From Lama guanicoe (Eukaryota): DNA of 64,000 nt. The notes under the pieces are model-generated. The model was not told the origin of the DNA. It worked only from the letters and a program-made list of their open reading frames with translations, and did no database searches. Shown here in pieces: positions 24,231-37,330 of the stretch. How positions within the stretch are numbered: position 1 is the first letter of the stretch; the number at the start of each line of letters is the position of its first letter. The position numbers and the translations under genes were made by a program. Where the stretch lies: contig MU053823.1 of assembly GCA_013239625.1 (NCBI GenBank), positions 627,565 to 691,564 of the forward strand. The letters run 5' to 3'.

Positions 24231-25560
24231 TTTCCAGATTCTTTTCCATTATAGATTATTACAAGGTATTGAATATAGTTTCCTGTGCTCTGGCACCTTA
24301 CTATTTTTTAATAGTTTTTTAAAATTGAAAGAGGGTGGGAAGGGATAGACTGGGATTTCAAAATTGTAGAATAGATAAACAAGATTACACTGTATAGCAC
24401 AGGGAAATATACACAAAATGTTGTGATAAATCACAGAGAAAAAAAGTGACAATGAGTGTGTATATGTCCATGAATGACTGAAAAATTGTGCTGAACACTG
24501 GAATTTGACACAACATTGTAAAATGATTATAAATCAATAAAAATGTTAAAAAAATAAAATAAATAAAATTGAAGTATTGTTGATTTACAATGTTTCAGGT
24601 GTACAGCAAAGTGATTCAGTTATGTATGTGTGTATATATACTTTTTCATTATACAAGATATTGAATATAGTTCCCTGTGCGATACAGTAGGTTCTTGTTA
24701 TTTATTTTATACATAACAGTGTGTATCTGTTAATCTCAAATTCCTAATTCATGTCCCCTTCTTCCCCTCTGGTAACGATAGGTTTGTCTTCTATGTCAGT
24801 TAATTCTATTTTTATTTTGTAAATAAGTTCATTTGTATCATTTTCCACATGTAAGTGATGTATTTGTCTTTCTCTGACTTACTTCACTTATGTAATATAA
24901 TCTCTAGACCCCCCATATTGCTGCAAATGGCATTATTTCATTCTTTTTAATAGTTGAGTTATATTCCATTGTATACATAACATATCGTTCTTCTTTTAAA
25001 TTTTTTGGGATGAGGCAATTAGGTTTATTTATTTATTTATTGAAAATGTTTTATTTTTATTTTTTCATTTTTAGTTTTATTAGGTAGAATTTATAATTTG
25101 ACTGCACATATATAATATATTGCATATAAATACATATATACAATATATTGCACATTTAAAACATTTACATATATGTACTTTTCATTGTTTCTAAGAACAG
25201 TTTAGAGCTTCAGCTTTTTAAACTTAACATAGTTATCAAAAGAATAAAGCCAACCACAAAATAGCTATTTATTCTTTTATTTTTTAACGGAGGTACTGGG
25301 GATTGAACCAGGACCTTGTGCATGCTAAGCCTACACACTCTACCACTGAGCCATACTCTCTCCCCATATATACCACATCTTCTTTAACCATTCATCTGTT
25401 GATGGACATCTAGGTTGTTTCCATGTCTTGGCCATTGTAAATCGTGCTGCTATGAACATTGGGGTGCATGTATCTTTTTGAATTAGAGTTTTCATTTTTT
25501 TTCCCCAGATATATGCTCAGGAGTGGGATTGCTGGATCAGTTTTTAAAGGACCCTCCATA
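24110..25560. mobile_element. Nested LINE-1 3' fragments (- at 24110-24290, + at 24325-24565, - at 24565-25560) with an inserted SINE
   Basis: L1 3'UTR motifs in both orientations; SINE body at 25266-25365 and its tail at 25007-25041. Confidence 0.75.
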
Positions 25561-26299
25561 CTTACACACCTTATTTTTCATTCACTGGATGTAGAGGACA
25601 TCTATTCACTAATCCCATCTATCTTTTCAACTTTTCTAGGAAGGTAGATTGAAGGAAAATTTTACTTTCAAATATTAAATGCCTCAGGGTATTAAGAAGA
25701 AAGTGGTAGCATTTTCACAGACAGGTAGTTTCCCTGGTAGGTCTGGAGAGCAGATTTATGTTTCACCTTATGGCTGGAAAAACCCAGGTGGTGAGTGTGA
25801 AACATTTTCCCAGGATCATAACATTGGCATAGATACCTTTAAAAACATTCCAAAGATCTGGTATATTTAGAATTTGTCCAGCATACGTCATTGACGTCTT
25901 CTCATTCTGGTTTGGTTCAAAACCAGCGATGTTTTTGAACCAAACTGCCAGGCACTGACTATGCAGGGATGAATAAAATACAGTCTATATCCAAGCAGGT
26001 TTCTGTAATGTGATTAATGCCCTTCGTTCAGACAAATCTTTCAGTTTCCTTCACCTCCACCACATTCACAATTACTTTGTGAATGATTTCTTTAGGAACC
26101 CACTGCTTGGCTGCTGTGATCCCGGGTCAGTCCTTAGCTTTCTGTATGAGAGCTTCGGTTTCCCTATCTTTCCTTAAAGGCAAGGTTAAACCCCATCCTT
26201 TTAGGCAGTGTAAGTAAATGGGAAGTCTGGGACGCAAGGTTCAGAAGAATTTAATTATCACGTATATTGCAGGAAGCCACGGCACACGCTGGCTCGGTT

Positions 26300-27250
26300 G
26301 AGTAAACAGGAAACTATCGATCCCACGCAGGAAATGACCTTGTCCCAGGGCAGCGAAGGTGCCGCGGATTTCCCTTTTTCCTTCAGTTCCCGTCTAAACG
26401 CATTTCCGGGTTTCGATCAATTTGGTCCTTCAGTGCCAGAGCCGACTCCGTTCGGCTTCTTCCCTGTCCCACCCTAGACGGCGTCCCTGAGCGAATGGCC
26501 AATAGGCCCTTTCCTTTAGTGGACATTTTTAGGCCTTGTTTTACATCACAGCAAATCTCAACCAATCAGTAGTTGGGGTAGGAGGTACCCAAATAATCTT
26601 CACTTCCTTCCCAAACAGCTGCCCCTCGCTCGCGTCATCCTGATAGATTACTTAGGTAGCCAATCAACAAGCAATTTTGGGCCCGGCCTACCTTAAAATC
26701 AATCAATTAAAATGAAGACGGGGAATTGGGCGGAGAATGGAAAACTTGCCCCCTCGTTTGGAAATGGTTTGGAGAGGTGCGTTCGGACCTCGTGAACTTA
26801 AAATTTTACGCCAGCGATCACCGCATACTGCGTATCTCAAACGCTCCAGTTCTGCGCCCCTTGGACCTCACCCCAATCTGAGCCCCACCCTTCACAGGCC
26901 TCCCCCATCACCCATTTCAGTAGAACACATCCCTGTCCTGAATCCTCCGGAAAAGAACCAAACCCCGGAGGCCCGTGCTTTACACGCTCCTCCCCGCGCC
27001 GGCAGAGCAGGGGGAAGGAGAGACCCTGCAGCCTCTGGCGCCAATCTTTCCATTCAGTGCGTCTCTCCTCCCTTCCCCACGTTCCCGGGTCGGAGCTGAC
27101 ACGGGAGTGGGAGGAGCCGAGGGGGGGCGGCCCGCTCCGCTGAGGGAGAGGCTACAGCTTCTTAAGGTGGCACCGAGCTGTTGGGTGGCTGGGCCTCTGA
27201 ACCACTGGGATGGGATGTCCTCCTGCCTCCCAACGTCGCTTCCCACGCCG
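26300..27250. promoter_or_regulatory. Promoter-like CpG region with six CCAAT boxes and ETS motifs
   Basis: CCAAT at 26499, 26562, 26660, 26873 and 27041; ATTGG at 26725; ttccgg at about 26404; cacttcc at 26601. Confidence 0.55.
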
Positions 27251-28917
27251 TATCTCATCTCTGGTCCCCTAACCGTAGTCCTAGTCTTATTTTTAGAAAC
27301 AATACACAGGTTAGGTAGAGGATGTAAAGTTAAGCTAATAAAATAATAAAGCTATGCAAAGAAAATACAAACCGTGAAGAGAACTTTTCCCTTACGATTT
27401 AATCACTTGTGCTGTGTTCTCTTCTTTTTCTCCTGAGATTACCTTTTAAAGCAGCGGCTAGAATTTTTCTGACGTGCAAATAAGAGCTCAGATTTTGTCT
27501 GATCAATATTTCTAAGTGAATGGCTTGTATGATTGTTTATTATCTCCCCGCCCAGATCTGACGAAGCCTCTAAAGGAAGCAAGAACCTGTAGTGCCTAGT
27601 GGCTGCTCTTCCTTTTACCGAGGGTCCCTTGAAGGTGGAAGAGGGGAGGTGGTATTTTGGGGCCGCCTTGCAGCCTCCCCTATGGTTAAGTCTTCTCATT
27701 TGTAAGATGGGGATAATAATACCTACCTTCCAGGTTTAGTGTGACTACTAAAAGACTTCGTGAAATGAAAACACATTGTAATCTGAAAGGTGTGAAAAAA
27801 CATTAGACGATGTTATAAATGTAAGGCATACAATCATAGTAAACATTTACATGGTTCTTACTATGTTCCAGCACTTTTTATACAGATTTTTAAAAACTGT
27901 TTTGTAAAATTTCAAAGACATATATAAGTAGAGAGAATAACATTAAACACAAACAAGTCCATGTTTGTAATGAGCAACACACTTGTCTAATCTTTTATCA
28001 TCTATGCATCTCTCCTCCATCACTTATTTTGAAGCAAATTTCAGGCATTTCACGACAATACTTCAGTATGCATCTTTAAAAGATAAAGCTCTCTTAAAAA
28101 TAATAACACTAGTCTGTTAACACAACTAAAATATAATAATTCTTTGATATCACCAAAGCCAGGACTGCAATTTCACCAATTGCTTTCCCAAATGTCTACA
28201 TTTTTTTTTTCCAGTTGCTTTCCCAAATGTCTACATTTTATATTTGATGGATAGCTCTCTTGATCCATATACACTGCATTTCATTGATGTGTCTTTTAAG
28301 ACTCTTTCAGTCTCTAGGTTCCCCTTCCTTCATGCACTTACCTAAGTGCATTCTATGCATGAAACCCCAGCACTGTGAAATAGGTAATATTATTACCTCC
28401 ATTTTACTGATGAGAAAACTAACAGAGCAGTTTAAATGATTTAAGTACTCAGTTACTGCATATCAAAGCTGGGATTTGAATACATGAATTTTATCCACTA
28501 TACCATGTTTCATAAAATACCCAAGTCTCACATAAATACTTCCAAAATGTGTATTGAGGCATATTGATCATCAATATTGCGAAGAAGTGTTTTGCTCAAA
28601 GTAGACTAGCACTCATGAAGAATTATATAATATGTTCTATTCTAGAGAAGTGTGGATCCTTGCATTTTGATTTCTTGCATGTTTCAGTGACTATATGTTT
28701 ATTCTGCTCCATATCACCCTCCTTAATAGAAAGTAAGGGGAGAATTAATGCAAATGCTTCTCCCCCTCTCAGGGTAAAAACAAAACTAGTTTATCAATTT
28801 CTTTTTTTAATTAAAAAAATTACATAAGGAAAGACCATAAAAACATTAATACATAGTGTTTGATATGGATGGAGAAAATGAGGTAAATTATAATAATCTT
28901 TGGTATATATCCATCTA

Positions 28918-28961
<44 letters not shown>

Positions 28962-30639
28962 AATATATGCACACACATACCTATATATTTTAAAAACATA
29001 TAATACAAACTATTTTTTAACACTATTTTCTCACTGGAATATATTTAGATATATGAAAAAATGGATTCTTTAAAATAATACCTGTCTATTGCAAAATATC
29101 TAAATAGTAAAGGAGACATAGAAAGAAAAATAACTCCTCCCTCACTAATTCTACTTCTCAGAGTTAAATAGTATTCTATTACACAGCTGTACCATCGTGT
29201 ATTTAATTTTATTATGGATATTTAAGTTGTTTCCAATTTTCTACAGTTATAAGTAATGCTGCAGCAAATATCGTGTATATGTCAAATAATTTCTTGAACT
29301 TTTAATTTTTCTCAATTTCTAGGAAAAGGGAATCTAATCCTTCCCTAATTTTCCCATTTTTAGTTTTTTAATTTTTTTTTTTTAGTTTTTAATTTTCCCA
29401 GCTCCTTAAATTCCATATATATAAAAAATGTCAAAAAAAGGTTGAAAAGAGAAACATAACGAAACACCTAACACATAGCAAGAAACATGTGATGCCAAAC
29501 TATGTGTGGGAGAATGAATTAATACTTCAAAGAGGAGGAGAAAGTAACAGCTTTAATCCTGGATATTGGAAGGGTGGTAAGAAAAAAAGACTCAATTGGA
29601 ATTCATCTCCTTTAATTACAATTAGAGGAGTGACTTTGAATTCTGACAGCTCAGGAAAATGGAATAGAAGTTGAGTCATTTGGATTTTGGACTTGTTAGT
29701 TTAAGTCCTGACTTTGCTACTTACTAATCATTTGAACTCAGACATAGTCAATAACTCTGAGTCAGTTTTCTCATCTGTAAAATAGGTATAATAATAATGC
29801 CTTATGGGATTGCTTGAAGAATTAAATGTGATAACGCATGCATAGCTCAACGTGTGGCACATTGTAAATATAATGTAATTATATATATTTAAATAAAATA
29901 CAGTATTCTATATTTAGTCAGAAGGCAAAAAAAGACTTTATTATCTAAATGTGAAATACAGTGAACAAGCTGTAATCTTGAATATGCAGGGTTTTTTTTA
30001 AGCAATTAAAATATTTCATGGTTAATATTTTCTCTTTCTTATTATTTTATGTGACAATAAATAGGGTAGTTTGAGAAACATCTGATAGGCCAGAGGAGGA
30101 AATATATAAGAATTTGCAGAGAAGTAACATGATTCCAGGAGGAGAAGTGGACGTGGTCTGCCTCGGGGCGTCTTCTGTCTCTGGGTGGGGATTATTCTGT
30201 ACGGGGCAGAGGATGAGAGCAGGTCATTCTGTGACCAGGATGAGAGATGCTATAGGATTGTCAGGGAAACTGATGCCAAACCGTGCAGTTTAAAGAGCAT
30301 TTTCACGTAAAGGCGCTCGTTTGACTCTTGCGGCAGCCTTACTGGGTAGGCAGGGCGAGTATTAGGATCCGCTCTTCGCCGACCAAGAGTCCATAGAACA
30401 AGGGCCTTGCACAACTTTGAAAGCAAGATTTTCTGATGTTTAATGCAGAGTTTTCTCTGTTGCACGCTCGTTTCTCGCTTTATACATTCAACAAGCATTT
30501 ACTGAACTCCAGGATGGTATCGGGGTAACATGTTAACTTTGCCTCAACCCCATAACCATTCAGAAGCTATCTCAGGGGAAAGAGAAGCCCAGCACATTCT
30601 TGAGAAAACCGGAGACGATCATCTGTATATAGAAGACAA

Positions 30640-31500
30640 TGAAAAAAAGGTCGGTGTGGCAGACTGAGAGTGTTGAATTGCAACTGACAGTTCGCGTGGC
30701 GCGAACGACGGAATCTCCCGATGGACAGCAGGGGGTTGTCATCTTGGGTGGATGGCGAGCGGCACGGAGCCGCGCGGCGGGGTGGCGGCCGGAGGGGAGC
30801 GAGGGCGGCGCGCCGGCGTGTCCCCCGGGCCTGCGGGCNNNNNNNNNNNNNNNNNNNNNNNNNNNNNNNNNNNNNNNNNNNNNNNNNNNGCGGCGGCGGC
30901 GGCCCGGCGGGCGGGGGCGGGGGAGGGGCGCCGAGCGGGGCGGGGAGGCCGGGGAGGAGCCGGGGCCTGCAGCGGAGCCGAGCCGAGCCCGAGCCCCAGC
31001 CGAGCCCTGACACTGTCCGTCCGCCTCCTGGCTCCCCGGGAGCCCGGACCGGCCGGAGCCCGAGCGGTGGTGGCGCGGGGAGCCCCGCGCGCCGGAGGGA
31101 GCGGAGCGGACGGGACGGGACTAGAGGAGGCGCGGCCGCCGCAGGAGCCGCCAGTGACGGGAGTCGGGAGCCGCGGCCTCCCGGCCCCTGCTGCCCAGGC
31201 CAGCTCCGGCGGAGCGGGGAGGACGAGAACCCCACCCTCGGGGGCGCCCCAGGAGCGGAGGCGGGAGCGGGGACGGAGTGGAGACCCTTAGCGCTCGGGC
31301 GAGGGCAAGAAGCCACCCCTCTCGGGGGCGAGTCTCTCCTCCCGAGGGCCGAGGAAGAGCCCCACACCGGCCCGGGAACAGAGCTCCAGAAGTAGAACGG
31401 GGCGATCCTTCCCAAAGGAGGCCGAGTGAGGCGCCCCGACGTGCCTCCACTGCTCCAAACACACTCTCAGCAGTCCTGGACTTTCGAGGCTAAGAGCAAG
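30640..31500 (+). promoter_or_regulatory. FOXJ2: FOXJ2 CpG island promoter
   Basis: Very GC/CpG rich, with GC boxes and (GGC)n; leads into exon 1. Confidence 0.85.
30839..30889. other. Assembly gap in GC-rich promoter
   Basis: 51 Ns. Confidence 0.99.
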
Positions 31501-32070
31501 GGGGCTATGCCAATGGAGTAGGCACCCTGCCTCCTCCCCAGTACTCACAGCGCAGAGGACTCCTTAAATTCAGAAGCGGAGGACACTCCAGGGAAAGAAG
31601 AGGAATCGGCTCTCAGCCTTTCAGGAGAGGGGAAGGACTCCCCCAACTTCCTTGTACCTAGACAGTGGAACAGGGCAAAGCCCCTCCGCTCAGGTCTCCA
31701 GCAGAAGGAAAGAGCCCTCCACTCCAGGCAGATTCAGTTTGGGGGGGAGGGGGACTCCCCCGAGGGGGAGGAGACAACTCCTGGTTGGGAGAGGCTCCTC
31801 CCCTCCTCCCCAGGGAAACCGGCCGAGTGTGGGGGGTGTGCCACCTTCCCCAGGTAGGACCTCCTTCTCCTCCTCCTCCTCCCCCTCCTCCCTCCGCTCC
31901 TCATCCTCTGGGAACCCAGTTCTCCTCCCCAGCTTGGGAGGCTCAGCCAAGCACAGGAAGAGCCACTGAAGATGAGGCTCTTCATCTGCCTTTGAAGAGG
32001 GGAGACCCTCCAACCCCAAACTCCAGTGCCAGGTGGTCCCCTCCCTCCGCGGGGGGAGACTTGGAGACAG
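30890..32070 (+). other. FOXJ2: FOXJ2 non-coding exon 1 (long 5'UTR; start approximate)
   Basis: Donor CAG|GTTAGT at 32070/32071 at the end of the CpG/GC-rich block. Confidence 0.75.
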
Positions 32071-33177
32071 GTTAGTGTTCTCTTTCATCTCTCTGTCATC
32101 TTTAGGCACTAGTAGGTGTAGGGGGCTGTGACGGGGGTTCTTGGTTTTCATTACCTGGGAAGATGGAGTGATAACTCAGAGAACCTTCTGGGAAATGTGT
32201 TCTGAAGCTGCTGGATTCAAACCCTCATCTCGCTTCAGAGGGTCTTGAGAAATGGGTTTCTTAGTGTTTGGGTTCTAAAGGGATGGGATTCATTTGAGGT
32301 CCCCAGGGACGAGTGTTTTCCTGCTGAGGGCAGAGGAATATCAGAAAACACCTGCCTCTTCAGTGCTCCATCCATGCAGCGTGGTAACGATGGACTCTTC
32401 TCAGCTGGACTTCCGTGCCACCCTCCATCCTTGGGTTTTTTCACCCAGAGAGTGCGCCCTCACTAAAGTCATGGTGGCATTTTGTGGCCTGGCCTTGTCG
32501 GGGCTTCCACTGGTATTACATTTTCTTATCTGTAACCCTAGGTCGCTAATGTCCACCAGAGCTGTTCTCTCCAACCCACTGTGATTACTGCTTCCTTAAT
32601 AAGAAAAGCAGTCTGTCTCCACTCACCCTACCTCTGACACCAAGAGACCTCCTCTCATGACATCCCCACTCTGGCTGGAAGCATGCCTTACCAATAAAAT
32701 CCACAGGGAAAATGGGGATCCCATGCCCTGAAGCAAGGGGGAAGGGTGCAGGGAAACACCAGCTCCGCGGGAAAGTTCTTCCCTAATGCTGGCCGGGTAC
32801 CACTGCCCCAGTGCCCGACACCACTCCCGTCTTTTGCTGACAGTTCCTTAGGAAAAGGCAGATACTGGATAGGAGAGGAGAGTGGCTGCTCAGCCTCCTT
32901 CCAGTCTTCCATCGGAATAAGTTGGCTGCCAGGGAGATTTGACCCCTGAGGAGTTTACTTTCAGAAAAGCGCTAATAGTGATATCCTCCCCCATCCTGTT
33001 TCTTGTTCAGTTCTGGGGCTCTGGAACCTTGTAAGTTTTCTTTCATAAGATAATAGCAAGAATCATAGAAGCCCAGAATCTTCAGAAAAGGCAAGAAAAC
33101 GGTGCCAGGAAATCCTTCTAGCTGAGCCTGGGCTGTGGGTTTAGTAGCGCTGCTCTGCCTTTCAACCTGGGATCCAG

Positions 33178-33296
33178 AGGGAGGGTATAACGCAGTAGAG
33201 CGCATGCTTACCATGCACAAGGTCCTGGGTTCAACCCCCAGTACCTCCTTTAAACAAACAAACAAACAAACCTACTTACCTCCCCCCTGCCCCAAA
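33178..33296 (+). mobile_element. tRNA-Ala-derived SINE (vic-1-like)
   Basis: A/B boxes and (AAAC)n tail; direct repeat TCAACCTGGGAT at 33162-33173 and 33297-33308. Confidence 0.88.
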
Positions 33297-34489
33297 TCAA
33301 CCTGGGATGCCTAGCAGGATGCCTCCTTTCTGCCTTAGGAGAATCCTTGTCTCCTGTAGGGGGACTTAGACCCCACAGGGAGTCCAAGTGGGAGGCTTCA
33401 TCTTGTTTGGGTTTTTATGTTTCATCCTTTCTCTGCTGGGCATTGGGTGGACTGCCTAAGTCCCTAAGTACATCCATTTGGTCCTGGAAGCTGCCTGTTG
33501 GTCATGGGACATGACACAGGGCTATAAGCCAGGTTGGTATGGCTGTGCTGCACAATGATGTGCATATGTTTCTTGATTCAGGTGGATGTGGCTCTCAGTC
33601 TGTGTTTTGAATGGGTATGTGTGTGGGGACAGGTACACGTGTGATTTTCAGATGAAGCCGTCAATTACCTAGACCTGTATGTTGCTGGTAGGCCTCTAAA
33701 AGCAGGTGCAGGGATGCGGAGAGGGTGCTGGCCAGGATGCCCAGCTGGGAGGAAAGGCTTGGCCTGCCTTGGTCAGCCGGAGCCCTCGCAAATGACTGCA
33801 CGAAAGCCACCTCCTACAGCAGGGCAGCCCAGTCTCAGGTTGGGACCACATCTTCTAGGACTAATAAGAGAGCTTCATTTCTGATATCTCTGGTCTGAAA
33901 AGCATTGGCTCTTAAATCTAGAACTCCCTCCCCCATTTGCTGAAAAGGGACGGCTCTGTGTAAGAGCAGCCTGTTTCTCACAAATTACTTTACCAGATGC
34001 TGGAACACAACTTGCTGAGTGGCTCAGAGTGAAGTGTCGCACGACACCTCCAGGTGTGCCACCGCCACATGGTGTAACTGGCTCTGCTGGGACTGAGCTT
34101 CCCCACTGCTCCTCGCCTCCGCGGAATCACTTAGAAGCAGATGGCTACAGGGCTGGATTAACTATGGTTTAGAGAGTGCCGTATTCCAGATCGTGTCTAA
34201 TGACTAGACCTAGTTCCCCCTGACAAATAAGAGATGATATTCCCCCATTTCTTCATTCTTGAGCATTTACTCAGTTCTGGCCTTGGTCAGAATTGGGGTG
34301 CCACTCTTCCCGAAGGAAAAGTTTGAGTTTCTGACGTCCTGAAAATGACTGCAAACTCAGTGCAGGCTTTGCAATGCAAACCACTGCAGGCTTGCTACTT
34401 CTAGTCTTACCTGTATGGCCTGTCAGTTTTCTAATTTTTAATTTCTGATAGTCTCTCTCATTTAAAAATAATAATTGCTCCACTTACAT

Positions 34490-34720
34490 AACACTTATGT
34501 AAGTGCTTTAATATATTTAACTCAAGGTAATCCTCACAACAACCCTATGTAGGTACAGTTATTATGTAGGTACTCTGTATTTTATAGTGAAGAAACTACC
34601 ACACAGAGAGGTTAAGTGACTTGCCTGAGGTTGCACAGCAAGCAGGTAGTGGAGCCAGGATGTAAGCCCAGGCACCCTGGCTGGTAATTGGTAACATGGT
34701 AAACTTAACCGCTGCTCTGT
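34490..34720 (-). mobile_element. MIR SINE
   Basis: aatcctcacaacaaccctat..gaggttaagtgacttgcctgaggttgcacagc core. Confidence 0.75.
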
Positions 34721-36739
34721 GAGTTTTATACAGAGCAGGAAGTTATCACTCCTTAATGCCTGACCTTGGTGCCCTGCGGAGAACAATGACTGGCCTTTTA
34801 GAGAAAATGGGAAGAAAACTGTGCCTGTTACTTTGGCTCCTCTGGGTCTCATCCAGGACTAGTCTTCCCCTCCACCAGGATGTCTTTGTGTTTTTCTCTG
34901 CCTTTCTCCCGTCTTCATCAGAGAGAGGTCCAGTGGATGGGATGGAGCCTGCCCTTTGGCTGCCTTTCCCAGTCTCTATGAGTATTTCCTTTGAGTTTTC
35001 CAGCTCGCAGAGAAGAATGTAGCCTGACTCAGGTTCTGCCCCAGCCCAGTGGCACGAGGCCCACCTGGGGAGAGAGGTCTGGGTAACTAGGTTGTTTGGA
35101 CTGAGACATGGAAGTACCTTTTGTGTGCCTTTCTAATAATAGCCCTGCACTTAAGCCTGGTGTCATTATTTTGGGGATTGTGGAATGTGTGGCTGCCTGG
35201 AGCTCATGAAGCTTCATTCACTTCCCTCCAGGAATGAAGCTTTGACAGTGTGGATGCCTTCATCCCTGTTATCGAAGCGGGAAACTGAGGCGTCAGGACT
35301 TCAGGGAGCCAGGGATGGTCAGGGACATCCAGTGAGTCAGTGTCAAGGTTCGGAACAGAACCGGGGGACCTCATTCTCTGAGGTATCATGCACTGGGCTG
35401 CCCCTCAAGAATGGGGAAGTGATGGGGTGGGGGGTAGTGAGGAAGCGGGATGGGTTTAGGGAGAATGGTGCTCAGAGATCAGAAGGGTCTTTTGCTGCAA
35501 GCGTTTTGTAGGTCTTGTAGCTGGTAAGATCCGGAGATATTTTGAGTGCTGGGGCGGTATCTGGAGGGCTGGTGGGGAGGGTGCTGATGGAGAAAGGTTA
35601 AATTTAACCTCCGTGTCCTAACCTGGTGCTGGGCGAAGGATAGGGAAGGGCACAGAGCAAGTAGCAAAAGGCTGAGGGTGCTTCCCTTTCTGGAATTCTC
35701 AGTGATTGGCACTTGCCAGATGGGTTCTGTAAACTCCTTCGAATTTACTCTCCTGTCCCTCCCTGTCTAAGGTGGGGGGAGTTTCAAACGAAATGTCCCC
35801 CGAAGGCTTCTTTGTCCCTAAGGTGAGATTTCCCAGGGATCTTTAGCAGGATGATAGGGAAGAGGGCAAAACTTCCTTGTGGACCCAGGAGAACCTTGGT
35901 CACTGGGAACCTGCACATTGTCATGTCCCTGGGGTACATGTCAGCTGGGAGCCCACCTCCAGGACCCATCGATGCAGGAAGCGCCCTGCTTTCCCCCAGA
36001 GACTGTGCAGCTTTGACTTAGTGAAGCGCTGGGAGGTCTGAGCCGTCCTGGAATGACTTAATGTCCCTATTAGTTTCCAAGTTGTCATGGTTTTCGGACA
36101 AGGTGGTGGTGATGGGCTGGGAAGGAGCTAGGGAGAGGAGCTAAGGATAAAGGAGAAACCCCTTCATGATGCTGTTTACAAACAGAGACTTTGGATTTTT
36201 TTCTCCTGTCAAGCAATTCTTGGGTTGCAACTGGGGCTCATGCTGCCCAGATTCCCGAGGTGCTAAGGTGTCTCCTTGAGCCTTGTGGAGTGGGCGTGTT
36301 ACCGGTGAGCAGCGCAGGGCAGGGGACATGCGTGTGCATGCAGAGGCTGCCTGGGTGGGGACCTGGCGGCAGAGGGAGATGAGTGCGAATGCTGACCCTC
36401 TGGAGAAAGTCCCAGGGGGAGAGGAATCACTACCTGGAGGAGTGAGCAGATAGCCTGCAAGGTGTGTTGGAGGCGGCAGAGAGGGGGGTTGAGCTTTTAC
36501 CTACAAAGTGGGTGGGTTTGTGTGTAGTTGTACGTAATGCGTGTGCCTATAATCTGGGTGTGGATTTGGAGATTCCATACGGATTATGTTTTCAGTCCAG
36601 GATTCTGAACTCTGGCTCTTCAAAAGAAATGCCTTGATGGGACTGTCAGCAGGGGTCGGAGGAAGAAACACGAGCTGGGATCTGCTGGCCCGGTACAGGC
36701 ACAAGCCTGTTAGGCAGCAAGCGCTTAGGGGGTTGCTGG

Positions 36740-37330
36740 CACCGGCGCTAGGGGAGTGCCAAATGGCCAGCAAGTGGTTCCTGCCAGCCTTTCTAGGCCC
36801 AGTGTTCCTCACCTTCCCCCACCAAGACGTCACTCGAGCTGCACCTCTCCGCCGGCGAGAGCGCCCAGGCTGCGTGGGTGGCGGCAGGGCGCGCAAACAG
36901 CGGGCGGGGGCGGTCTGGCAGCGCCAGGAGTTTGCATGGAGGTGCCGTGCCTGGTTGGGAAGGAAGGAGGGAGGAGGAGGGCGGGAGAAGCCGAGCCAGC
37001 TCTTCGCCCCAGAGTGGCTATTTTTAGTCCTGCTATCTGATTGTTACCGGTGCGCACACAGCTGGGTGTCTCCCCGGCGGAGCAGCCGGGCCAGCCGCGG
37101 GGAGGGCCTTGCCGATGCCTTCTTCCTGGTGTCGGTGTCAGTGGGCGGGAGCTCGCAAGGGGGAGCTTTCAAGGTGCGAGGGCGGCTGGGCTCGGATCTG
37201 TTACCTCGGCGTGTGACTTTGTGCTCTGCTGGTAACGTACGCCGCGTATCTAATTGTGATCTGTTGATGTGTCTGGCACCTGCCCTTGGCCGGTTGTCAC
37301 ACTGTCACTTACGCTTGGGCTGTAGCTAAG
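36740..37330 (+). promoter_or_regulatory. Intronic CpG island; candidate alternative FOXJ2 promoter
   Basis: CpG rich; AGACGTCA at 36825; GC box at about 36902; MEF2 motif CTATTTTTAG at 37018-37027; donors at 37173 and 37231. Confidence 0.55.

Noticed and set aside
28180..28240. 25-bp local tandem duplication (similar cases at about 55420-55495 and 59800-59875)
   Set aside because: Ordinary slippage duplications in old repeat or AT-rich DNA; no array structure
30567..31415. 282-aa (-) and 224-aa (+) ORFs over the FOXJ2 promoter
   Set aside because: Low-complexity G/P/R/A frames expected in a CpG island; they cross a gap and show no recognisable domain
36586..37329. 247-aa + strand ORF in FOXJ2 intron 1
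   Set aside because: Overlaps a GC-rich island, has no domain similarity I recognise, and is better explained as promoter DNA
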